Shown here: piece after piece, positions 22,001 through 29,791 of the stretch
How positions within the stretch are numbered: position 1 is the stretch's first letter
How the letters are laid out: every line of letters begins with the position of its first letter
Origin: Myxococcota bacterium
GTDB taxonomy: Bacteria > Myxococcota_A > Polyangia > Polyangiales > Sandaracinaceae
Direction of reading: 5' to 3'
Length of the DNA stretch: 64,000 bases
Assembly: GCA_036149055.1 (NCBI GenBank)
Contig: JAYZQJ010000191.1
Span: 1 to 64,000, forward strand
Notes under the pieces: model-generated
What the model saw: the letters and a program-made list of their open reading frames with translations, nothing else
The model's database searches: none
Told to the model about the DNA's origin: nothing
Translations under genes and position numbers: made by a program

Positions 22001-22455
22001 GGACGCTCTTCGGGGTCCGCGGGCTGCTGGCCGGCGGCGTGCCCTGCACCGACCCGCAGATCCGCCGCGCCTGCGCGTGGCTGCTCGAGCGCCAGCGCCC
22101 CGACGGCGGCTGGGGCGAGCACTTCGCGAGCGTGCTCGAGGGCCGCTACGTGGAGCACGAGGAGGCGCAGGTCGTGCAGACCGCGTGGGCGCTGACCTGC
22201 CTGCTCGAGGCCGAGGAGCCGGACTTCGCGGCGCTCGAGCGCGCGGCCCGGCTGCTCGCCCGGACCCAGCGGTCCGACGGAACGTGGCCGAAGCAGGATC
22301 CCGAGGGGATCTTCTTCCACACCGCGCTCCTCGAGTACCGCCTCTACCGCGCATACTTCCCGCCCTGGGCGCTCGGGCTCTTCGCGAGCCGCGCCGAGGC
22401 CAGGGCCGCCTGGACCGAAGGGGGCCGCGCCGAGCGCCGCCCCGCCATCGTCTGA
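19060..22455 (+). CDS. osc: Fusion of a degenerate squalene-epoxidase-like domain and an oxidosqualene cyclase
   Basis: N-terminal domain IVGASVAG, GAWLHP, VGDAAGSLHPLT; cyclase motifs HGWPVSDCTAE, YCHTR, WGKLWLA; QW repeats QAEDGSF, QNADGGF, QRADGSF, QRPDGGW, QRSDGTW; TGATG coupling to the upstream gene. Confidence 0.88.
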   Translation: MTPRYDVGIVGASVAGCTTALACAKAGARVLLLEADPNEAAAQHVGAWLHPDAMDALEGLGVDLVPPVGYPTGKGYVLFPEDGTEAVVLPYSVGRFGFSLPQGLLVETLRQHCDADEAVTLRSPVRASRVDAGTLTWQERGRPRSARVEHVVFAAGADVQPIKRGAGYVFGAIERPPTHRIASLDLVGATLPFEGFRHVFVGGCGVAIAHRVGPATVRLALDVPLGFRVPREGGVQLLEAYAPSLPEELALPFAEALRRGAPSWSHGRIQPRGNMIRGGIARVGDAAGSLHPLTAAGPSLAIADGVAFAESRSPASFARKRRRDTRLPEAIAIGLAEVLTDEAPESVAIRRAMYNMWRDDPGERLRTMSYIAGENEGLLRFGGSCLRVMLSSAARVAKSGARGELRHAHRTGSALLERIGWMVGGALGWSDLLPDAFAEKLEARGTTRYLGALHHTGEAEVVGLPARSGGASSIQTALARGAQALVNEQAEDGSFEGEVVWCPMLAAQYVLASHVMDRPIDPERRRLLLRHFEDTLLPGGAWGLHEKSEPYLFVTTLVYVAARLLGVDKDDALIREAKAFIRQEGGAVGIPSWGKLWLALVDLYAWEGVNPVVPELWATPRWLPMHPSRYYCHTRLIYMGMAALYGGRVRREANATIRCVRDEIFLQPYGEIDFDAARETLREGDVHDAPGPLLKLSYRLLTRFEQAKSDGLRQRLLGELRDKIRYELRSTHYTCISPVSGMLGLLALHANDPSDPDLVKGLEGFEGWIWEDEQEGARIAGARSATWDTAFAAQALAAAAGHVDVSAPLERADAFLASQQIRRGTGLEGQHDRLDPTGGYCFAGVWHGWPVSDCTAEAMLARLHNPAAKPSARAMEQAAEFVLRCQNADGGFGSYEARRHARLSIDWLNPSEMFGACMTERSYVECTASCVQGLAAFRERYPDRLRGRVDAAIEAGVARLRAEQRADGSFEGMWGVNFIYGTLFGVRGLLAGGVPCTDPQIRRACAWLLERQRPDGGWGEHFASVLEGRYVEHEEAQVVQTAWALTCLLEAEEPDFAALERAARLLARTQRSDGTWPKQDPEGIFFHTALLEYRLYRAYFPPWALGLFASRAEARAAWTEGGRAERRPAIV

Positions 22456-22499
22456 GAATTCTGTCGTCGAGCCGTACCGATGCAGTCCAAGGAGCAGTC

Positions 22500-25400
22500 A
22501 TGAACCGCAGCAGCTACGACGTCGTCGTCGTCGGAGCCGGGCCCGCCGGGTGCGGCGCCGCGCTCGCTCACGCCCGCCGGGGCGCCTCCGTGCTCGTGGT
22601 CGAGGCCGACCCTCGCGCCGCGAAGCGCTTCGCCGGCGAGTGGCTCCACCCCACCGGCGTCGCCGTGCTCGACGCGCTCCGGGTCGGCCGCCTCGAGCAG
22701 GCGAGGGCCCGCGCGGGCTACGGCTTCGTCATCTTCCCCGACGACGGCAGCGAGCCGATCGAGATGGCCTACACCGAGGGCGTCGCGCTGAGCGCCGAGC
22801 ACCACGCGATCGTCGAGGCGATGCGCGACGCGCTCCGGGCCGAGGACCGGGTGGAGCTGCTCATCGGAGGCCGCGCGGTGCGGGTCGCCGACGGCGTCAT
22901 CCGGATCGAGGACAAGAAGAGCGGCCGCGCGACCGACGTGCGCGCCGGACGGATCATCGGCGCCGACGGCCGCAAGTCGACGGTGCGCGAGAGCCTCGGC
23001 GTCCCGACCCAGAAGAGCGCGCCGCTGAGCTACATGGCCTCGGTCGAGCTGCGCGACGTGGAGCTGCCCTTCGAGGGCTTCGGTCACCTCGTCCTCGGCG
23101 GACCCGGCCCGGCGCTCTTCTACCGCATCGGCGACGGGCTCATCCGCGGCTGCCTCGACGTGCCGATCGCGCTCGGCCCGAACGCGCGCTCGCTCGAGGC
23201 GCTCTGGGACGGCTTCGGCCCGGTGATGCCGGAGTCGATGCGCCCCGCGCTCCGCGCCGCCCTCGAGCGCGGCCCGAGCGGCTGGGCGATCAACCAGTTC
23301 CGCCCCCGCGCGCTCTTCGGCGCCGGCGACGTGCGGCTGGTCGGCGACGCGGTCGGCCACGTGCACCCGATGACGGCCACCGGCATGACGCTCGGCCTGC
23401 TCGACGCCAAGGCCCTCGCCGAGAGCGACAGCCTGGAGTCCTACGCCAAGGCGCGCCGGAGCTACGTGCCGGAGCTGCTGTCGAACGCGCTCTACCACTG
23501 CTTCCGCCGTGACGACCCGAGCGCGACCGCGATCCGCCGCGCGATGTTCGAGACGCTCCGCAAGGAGCCCCGCGAGCGCCGCCGCACGATGGACATCCTC
23601 GCCGGCACCGATCAGAGCCGGCGCAGCTTCGGCTCGGCCTTCCTCCGCATCGCCGCCCGCGCGGTCGGCGGCTCCCTCGAGAGCGAGCGCCCGCTGTCGC
23701 GCCTCATGAGCTTCGGCGAGTGGATGCAGTGGCCCGCCGCGCTGGTGGTGCCGAGCGGCCTCGACGCGAGCGTGCGCGCCCAGAGCAGCACGACGCACCC
23801 GATCCCGCAGCTGGCCAAGCTCACGCCGACCGCGGCCCCCGTGGCCCCGCCCGAGACGCCCGGCGGGAAGGCGCCGGCGCTCGACGTGCCGCTCACCCCG
23901 GCCCTCGAGCGCGGCACCGCGGCGCTCCTCCGGGAGCTCGAGCGGCTCGCGATGCAGTTCGGCGAGGTGCCCGACGCGACCCTGGCCGGCCCGGCGCTCT
24001 CCTGCATCCGCGCGATCACCGCGACCCGGATGCGCCTCGGCATGGCCGCGCGCATGACGCTCGGGCGTCGCCGCCTCGCCACCGAGGGCTTCCCCCGCCT
24101 CCTCGACGCCGAGCCGCACGCGCGGCACCTGGCGGAGCTCTGCCTGGTGCTCCTCGACGGCGCGCCGTGGGACGAGCAGCCGATCGCGAGCCTCGACGAG
24201 GGCGTGCGCGCGCTGCTCGACTGCCAGACCGAGAGCGGCGGCTTCGCGCGCTCCCGGGGCGTCGCCTCCTCGCCCGGCGCGGCCGGAGAGCTCGAGCTGA
24301 CCGCGCTCGCGTGTCGGGCGCTCGAGGTGGTCGCGCGCAAGGGCAAGAGCGACGCCGACCTCGGCCGCGCGCTCGAGCGGGCCGCCGACTGGGTCGTCTC
24401 GCTGCAGGGCGACGACGGCGACTTCGGCGGCGACGTCTCGCGCACCGCCTGGGCGATCGAGGCCCTCATCGCGGCCGGCGTGCACCCCGGCGATCCGGCG
24501 GCGCGTCGCGCGGTCCGCTGGCTCTCGGTGGCGCTCGACCCGAGCGGCGATCCGGTCGAGGCGGCGCGCGCCGTCCGGGCGCTCCTCGCCGCCGGCGTCT
24601 CCTCCAACGAGGCGATCGTCTCCGCGGCCCGCGGCCTCGCGTCGCTCGAGGAGACCGACTGGCGCGTGGCGCGCGAGGTGGTCGAGGCGCTCGCCGCCTG
24701 TGAGGTCCGCCGGGCCGAGCGGCCGCAGAAGCGCGCCCGTCGCCGCAAGCGCGGCAGCGACAAGTCGCCGATCGGGCCCGAGCTGAAGGCGGACTGGAAG
24801 TTCTGCCGCCAGGCGCTCGGCGAGGTCTCGCGCACCTTCGCGCGGCCGATCGAGATGCTCCCGCCGAAGCTCGAGGTCGCCGTCTCGCTCGGCTACCTCC
24901 TCTGCCGCATCGCCGACACCGTCGAGGACCACGTCGCGGTGCCCTTCGAGGTGAAGGACGATCTGTTCGCGAAGCTCTGCGCGGTGCTCGAGCACGGCGC
25001 GGATCCGGCGCCCTTCGCCGAGGCGTTCACCCACATCGAGGGCGACGACGCGGAGCTGTCCCTGGCCCGCGAGCTGCCGCGCGTGATGCGGGTCTACGAC
25101 GCGCAGGACGAGGCGACGAAGAAGGCGTGCACGCGCTGGGTCACCGAGATGGCCCGCGGCATGAGCCTCTACACGCACCGCAAGCCCGAGGCCGACGGCG
25201 TCGCGGCGCTGCACACGATCCCGGACCTCGAGCGCTACTGCTACTACGTGGCGGGCACGGTCGGGCACCTCCTGACCGACCTCTTCGTCGACGCGATCGG
25301 CGAGGACCCCGAGGGCGCGCTCGCGATCGCGATGCGGGACCACGCGGAGGGCTTCGCGACCGGCCTGCAGCTCACGAACATCCTGAAGGACGTGACCGAC

Positions 25401-25820
25401 GACCTCGCGCGCGGGGTCTCGTTCATCCCGCGCACCGAGTGCGCGCGGCAGGGCTTCTCGGTCGCCGATCTCGCCGACCCGAAGGTGCGCGACCGGGCCC
25501 ACGCCGCCGTCTCGCCGGTCTTCGACATCGCCAAGGAGCGGCTCGACGCGGCGCTCGAGTACTCGCTGCTCATCCCGTCCGAGCACCGCCAGATCCGGCT
25601 CTTCTGCCTGCTGCCGCTCTGGATGGCCGGCCGCACCCTGGCGCTCGGCCGCGGCAACGACGCGATGTTCGAGCCCGACCTGCCGGTCAAGATCACCCGG
25701 AGCGAGGTCGAGTCGCTGATCGCCGAGTGCATGACGCTCGCCGAGGACGACGACGCGCTGCGCGCTCGCTACGCGCGCCTGTTCGAGCCGGCCCAGGGCC
25801 AGCGGCGGGAGATGCGATGA
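22500..25820 (+). CDS. Fusion of squalene epoxidase, a cyclase-like QW-repeat remnant and squalene synthase
   Basis: Epoxidase motifs VGAGPAG, RFAGEWLHPTG, ADGRKS, GDAVGHVHPMTATGMT; QW repeats CQTESGGF, LQGDDGDF; squalene synthase motifs VSRTF, YLLCRIADTVED, YCYYVAGTVG, LQLTNILKDVTDD; AAGGAG RBS. Confidence 0.88.
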   Translation: MNRSSYDVVVVGAGPAGCGAALAHARRGASVLVVEADPRAAKRFAGEWLHPTGVAVLDALRVGRLEQARARAGYGFVIFPDDGSEPIEMAYTEGVALSAEHHAIVEAMRDALRAEDRVELLIGGRAVRVADGVIRIEDKKSGRATDVRAGRIIGADGRKSTVRESLGVPTQKSAPLSYMASVELRDVELPFEGFGHLVLGGPGPALFYRIGDGLIRGCLDVPIALGPNARSLEALWDGFGPVMPESMRPALRAALERGPSGWAINQFRPRALFGAGDVRLVGDAVGHVHPMTATGMTLGLLDAKALAESDSLESYAKARRSYVPELLSNALYHCFRRDDPSATAIRRAMFETLRKEPRERRRTMDILAGTDQSRRSFGSAFLRIAARAVGGSLESERPLSRLMSFGEWMQWPAALVVPSGLDASVRAQSSTTHPIPQLAKLTPTAAPVAPPETPGGKAPALDVPLTPALERGTAALLRELERLAMQFGEVPDATLAGPALSCIRAITATRMRLGMAARMTLGRRRLATEGFPRLLDAEPHARHLAELCLVLLDGAPWDEQPIASLDEGVRALLDCQTESGGFARSRGVASSPGAAGELELTALACRALEVVARKGKSDADLGRALERAADWVVSLQGDDGDFGGDVSRTAWAIEALIAAGVHPGDPAARRAVRWLSVALDPSGDPVEAARAVRALLAAGVSSNEAIVSAARGLASLEETDWRVAREVVEALAACEVRRAERPQKRARRRKRGSDKSPIGPELKADWKFCRQALGEVSRTFARPIEMLPPKLEVAVSLGYLLCRIADTVEDHVAVPFEVKDDLFAKLCAVLEHGADPAPFAEAFTHIEGDDAELSLARELPRVMRVYDAQDEATKKACTRWVTEMARGMSLYTHRKPEADGVAALHTIPDLERYCYYVAGTVGHLLTDLFVDAIGEDPEGALAIAMRDHAEGFATGLQLTNILKDVTDDLARGVSFIPRTECARQGFSVADLADPKVRDRAHAAVSPVFDIAKERLDAALEYSLLIPSEHRQIRLFCLLPLWMAGRTLALGRGNDAMFEPDLPVKITRSEVESLIAECMTLAEDDDALRARYARLFEPAQGQRREMR

Positions 25821-26524
25821 TGGGCTTCGAGCTTCCGATGATGGACAACCTCTGGTTCCACGTCGCGATCGGCATCACGCTCTTCGTCGACGCGGTCCTC
25901 CTGGTGTTCCTCAGCTGGGCCTACCGCTCGCCGCGCTTCGCGAAGTACCACATTCGCAAGCCGATGGAGATGCGGGTCAGCAAGTCGAATTACCGCTGGA
26001 CGGTGGGCGTCATCGGCCTGCTGTCGAGCAGCTCGACGGTGGTGCTCATCTACGGGCTCGCCCCGCTGACCATCAGCGAGACGACGACCACGCCCTGGTG
26101 GCTCATCGCGCTGCAGTTCTTCGGCGTGCTCTTCGTCTACGACTTCGCCTACTACTTCATGCATCGGACGATGCATCACCGGAAGCTCATGCCGCTGGTG
26201 CACGAGATCCATCACCGCGTCCGCGTGCCGAGCGCGCTCGAGAGCCTCTACCTCTCGCCGGTCGAGATGCTCGCGGGCCTGCTGCTGCTGATGGCGGTGA
26301 CGTGGGCGCTCGGCCCGGTGCACTGGATCGCCTTCGTGGCGGTCTTCTTCCTCTACTCGACGCTGCACATCGTCATCCACTCGGGGATGACCTTCCCGCA
26401 CCCGGTCTTCCGCGTGATGAACCACCTCACGATGAAGCACCACAAGCACCACCTGAACAAGCACGGTCACAACTTCGCGTCCGTGACCCCGCTGCCGGAC
26501 ATCGTGTTCGGCACCTCTGTCTGA
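25817..26524 (+). CDS. Sterol desaturase / fatty acid hydroxylase family (ERG3/ERG25-like) membrane di-iron enzyme
   Basis: His boxes HRTMHH, HEIHH, HSG, HHKHH; hydrophobic helices; ATGA overlap. Confidence 0.85.
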   Translation: MMGFELPMMDNLWFHVAIGITLFVDAVLLVFLSWAYRSPRFAKYHIRKPMEMRVSKSNYRWTVGVIGLLSSSSTVVLIYGLAPLTISETTTTPWWLIALQFFGVLFVYDFAYYFMHRTMHHRKLMPLVHEIHHRVRVPSALESLYLSPVEMLAGLLLLMAVTWALGPVHWIAFVAVFFLYSTLHIVIHSGMTFPHPVFRVMNHLTMKHHKHHLNKHGHNFASVTPLPDIVFGTSV

Positions 26525-26531
26525 GGCAGTC

Positions 26532-28202
26532 ATGTTCCTTCGCAGACCCGAAGTCCCGGAAGGGCTCAAGCCCGCGCCGGAGCTGTCCGGCGGGCTCCCG
26601 CTCGTCGGTCACACCGTCGAGTTCGTGCGCGACACGATCGGCATGCTCGAGCGCGCCCACCACGAGCTCGGCGAGGTCGCCGCGGTGCGCGTCGCCGGCC
26701 GCCGCATGGTCGCCCTCTTCGGCCCCGAGGCCCACGAGGCGGTCTTCCGCGCGAAGGACCAGGTCCTCGACCCGCGCGAGGCCTACAAGATCATGACCCC
26801 CGTCTTCGGCGAGGGCATGGTCTACGACGCCTCGCCCGAGAAGATGAACGAGCAGTTCAAGATGCTGCTCCCGGCGCTCAAGGACCGCCGCATGCGCACC
26901 TACGGGGAGACCATCCTCGACGAGGTCGAGCGCAGCGTCGCGGACTGGGGGGACGAGGGCGAGATCGACATCGTCGACTACTGCCGCGTCCTGACGAACT
27001 TCACCTCCTCGCGCTGCCTCATCGGCGAGGAGTTCCGCGAGCGCATGACCGACGAGTTCGCGCGCATCTACCACGACCTCGAGCGCGGCGTGACGCCCCT
27101 CGCCTACATCGACGCGAACCTCCCGATCCCGAGCTTCAAGAAGCGGGACGCGGCCCGGGTCCGGCTCGTGAAGCTGATCGGCGCGATCATCGACGAGCGC
27201 GCCCGGACCGGCCGGACCGGTGAGGACTTCCTCCAGACCCTGATGGAGGCCCGCTACCAGGACGGCGCGGCGCTCACCCACGACGAGATCACCGGGATGC
27301 TGCTCGCGGCGATGTTCGCCGGGCACCACACCAGCTCGGTCACCACCGCGTGGGCCCTCATCGAGCTCTGCAAGAACCCCGCGTACATGCGGCGCGTGGT
27401 CGCGGAGCTCGACGAGACCTACGGCGAGAGCGGCCAGACCGACTACCAGTCGCTCCGCAACATCCCGGTCACCGAGCACGCGGTGAAGGAGACCCTGCGG
27501 CTCTACCCGCCGCTCTTCCTGCTCATCCGGGTGGTGCAGAAGGACTGGACCTTCAAGGGGCACCACCTGCCGAAGGGCACCTGGATCCTCGTGTCACCGA
27601 CCGTCTCGCAGCGCGACCGCGAGGTCTTCACCCACCCTTACACCTTCGACCCCGACCGCTTCGCCGAGCCGCGCAACGAGGGCAAGAAGGACTGGGCGTT
27701 CATCGCCTTCGGCGGCGGCCGCCACAAGTGCCTGGGCAACGCGTTCGCGCTCCTCCAGGTCAAGGCGATCCTCGGCACGCTCCTGCGGCGCTACGAGTTC
27801 GAGCTGGTCGACCCGAAGGTGAAGCCGGACTTCCACGGCCTCGTCATCGGCCCCTCCGAGCCCTGCCGGCTGCGCTACCGCCGCCGCGAGGAGAAGGTCG
27901 CCGCCCGCCCGGCCCCGAAGGTCGAGGAGGCGCCGAAGCCGGCGCCGAAGAAGAAGGAGGAGCGAGTCCAGCTCCGGATCGCGCTCGACCTCGATCTCTG
28001 CCAGGGCCACGCGGTCTGCGTGAACGAGGCGCCGGGCGTCTTCTACGTCTCGGACGAGACCGGCAAGGTCGCCCTCCACACCGATCGCCCCGACCCGAGC
28101 CAGAACGACGCCGTGCGCGCCGCGGCCGACTACTGCCCGCAGCGCGTCATCCAGGTCCACGAAGAAGACGAAGCGCCCCTCACCTGCCCCGTGGCGCACT
28201 GA
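26532..28202 (+). CDS. cyp51: Sterol 14alpha-demethylase CYP51 fused to a C-terminal ferredoxin
   Basis: CYP51 signatures AYKIMTPVFGEGMVYD and FAGHHTS; ETLR; heme motif FGGGRHKCLG; ferredoxin motif CQGHAVC...CP. Confidence 0.92.
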   Translation: MFLRRPEVPEGLKPAPELSGGLPLVGHTVEFVRDTIGMLERAHHELGEVAAVRVAGRRMVALFGPEAHEAVFRAKDQVLDPREAYKIMTPVFGEGMVYDASPEKMNEQFKMLLPALKDRRMRTYGETILDEVERSVADWGDEGEIDIVDYCRVLTNFTSSRCLIGEEFRERMTDEFARIYHDLERGVTPLAYIDANLPIPSFKKRDAARVRLVKLIGAIIDERARTGRTGEDFLQTLMEARYQDGAALTHDEITGMLLAAMFAGHHTSSVTTAWALIELCKNPAYMRRVVAELDETYGESGQTDYQSLRNIPVTEHAVKETLRLYPPLFLLIRVVQKDWTFKGHHLPKGTWILVSPTVSQRDREVFTHPYTFDPDRFAEPRNEGKKDWAFIAFGGGRHKCLGNAFALLQVKAILGTLLRRYEFELVDPKVKPDFHGLVIGPSEPCRLRYRRREEKVAARPAPKVEEAPKPAPKKKEERVQLRIALDLDLCQGHAVCVNEAPGVFYVSDETGKVALHTDRPDPSQNDAVRAAADYCPQRVIQVHEEDEAPLTCPVAH

Positions 28203-28216
28203 AGAGAGAGCAGCAC

Positions 28217-29791
28217 ATGCAGAACGTCGCCATCGAGCTCGAGAGCACCCCCGAGGTCATCGACTGCCGCGAGCCGGCCACCCACGCGCCCCTCGGCAAG
28301 GTGCCGGTGGACGGGCCGGACGTGGTCCGCGCCAAGGTCGCGCGGGCGCGCGTCGCGCAGAAGAGCTGGGGGGAGAGCACCTTCTCGGAGCGCCGCCGCC
28401 TCCTCAAGACCATCCTCGCCCACGTGCTCGACCACGCGGACGAGCTCTGCGAGGTCGTGGTCCGCGACGCCGGCAAGACCCGCGAGAACGCGGTGATGGG
28501 CGAGATCTGGCCGGTCTGCGAGAAGCTCCGCTGGACGATCGCGAACGGCGAGAAGCACCTCCGCCCCGAGCGCATGTCGAGCGGCCTGTTCCTGCACAAG
28601 AAGGCCACCGTCCTCTACCAGCCGCTCGGCGTCATCGGCGTGATCTGCCCGTGGAACTACCCGCTGCAGAACGTGCTCGGGCCGACCATCCCGGCGCTCT
28701 TCGCGGGCAACGCGGTGGTGGTGAAGGTCTCCGAGCAGGTCGCGTGGTCGTCGGCGCGCATGCAGCGCATCTTCGACGAGGCGTTCGACGCGCTCGGCTA
28801 CCCGAAGGACACCGTGCAGATCGTCAACGGCTACGGCGAGACCGGCGCCGCGCTGGTCCGCTCGGGCGTCGACAAGGTGATCTTCACCGGCTCGGTCCCG
28901 AACGGCCGGAGGATCATCGAGGGCAGCGTCGAGAACATCACGCCCGTCATCCTCGAGCTCGGCGGCAAGGACGCGTTCATCGTCTGCGAGGACGCCCACA
29001 TGGAGCAGGCGGTGCACGCCGCGCTCACCGGCGTGTTCATCGCGGCCGGCCAGAACTGCATGGCCGCCGAGCGCGTGCTCGTGCACGCGAAGGTCTACGA
29101 CGACTTCGTCGGCCGCCTCGTGAGCGAGGTGAAGAAGCTCCGCGTGGGCGACGCGCCGCAGGGCGCGGTCGACGTGGGCGCGCTCGTCTCGCCGCAGCAG
29201 GTCGAGATCGTCGAGCGGCTCGTGAACGACGCGGTCGAGAGCGGCGCGCGGGTCCTCGTCGGCGGCAAGCGCGGCGATCGCCCGGGCCAGTTCTTCGAGC
29301 CCACCGTGCTCGTCGACGTCACCCCGGACATGGCGATCATGAACGAGGAGGTCTTCGGCCCGGTGATGTGCGTGCACCGCTACGAGACCGACGACGAGGC
29401 GATCGAGATCGCCAACGGCACCCGCTTCGGCCTCGGCTCCACCGTGATGAGCCGCTCGGGCACGCGCGCCCGCCGCCTCGCCGAGCGCCTCCGCGTCGGC
29501 TCCTGCACCATCAACGACTTCGGCTTCACCTACATGGCGCAGGACCTGCCCTTCGGCGGCGTGGACGCCAGCGGCTTCGGTCGGCTCAACGGCCGCGAGG
29601 GCCTGCGAGGCTGCACCAACCAGAAGGCCATCCTCGAGGATCGGCTGCCGCTGCACATGCCGGCCAAGCTCTACCCGGTGAAGCCCGAGGTCTACCCGCT
29701 CGTGCGCGGGGTGCTCCGGACGCTCTACCAGCCGACCCTGACCGGCCGCGCCAAGGCGGTGGTCGAGCTCGCCAAGAACCTCCGCCGATGA
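28217..29791 (+). CDS. Aldehyde dehydrogenase
   Basis: PWNYP, FTGS, LELGGKD, GQNCMA, EEVFGP. Confidence 0.93.
   Translation: MQNVAIELESTPEVIDCREPATHAPLGKVPVDGPDVVRAKVARARVAQKSWGESTFSERRRLLKTILAHVLDHADELCEVVVRDAGKTRENAVMGEIWPVCEKLRWTIANGEKHLRPERMSSGLFLHKKATVLYQPLGVIGVICPWNYPLQNVLGPTIPALFAGNAVVVKVSEQVAWSSARMQRIFDEAFDALGYPKDTVQIVNGYGETGAALVRSGVDKVIFTGSVPNGRRIIEGSVENITPVILELGGKDAFIVCEDAHMEQAVHAALTGVFIAAGQNCMAAERVLVHAKVYDDFVGRLVSEVKKLRVGDAPQGAVDVGALVSPQQVEIVERLVNDAVESGARVLVGGKRGDRPGQFFEPTVLVDVTPDMAIMNEEVFGPVMCVHRYETDDEAIEIANGTRFGLGSTVMSRSGTRARRLAERLRVGSCTINDFGFTYMAQDLPFGGVDASGFGRLNGREGLRGCTNQKAILEDRLPLHMPAKLYPVKPEVYPLVRGVLRTLYQPTLTGRAKAVVELAKNLRR

Noticed and set aside
20480..22455. Squalene-hopene cyclase / hopanoid cluster (suggested by the HpnA-like SDR)
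   Set aside because: The catalytic motif is DCTAE rather than DXDD, and epoxidase and CYP51 genes are adjacent
24780..25820. Phytoene synthase / carotenoid pathway
   Set aside because: Motifs (SRTF, DTVED, YCYYVAG, LQLTNILKD) and fusion to an epoxidase fit squalene synthase; no CrtI-type desaturase nearby
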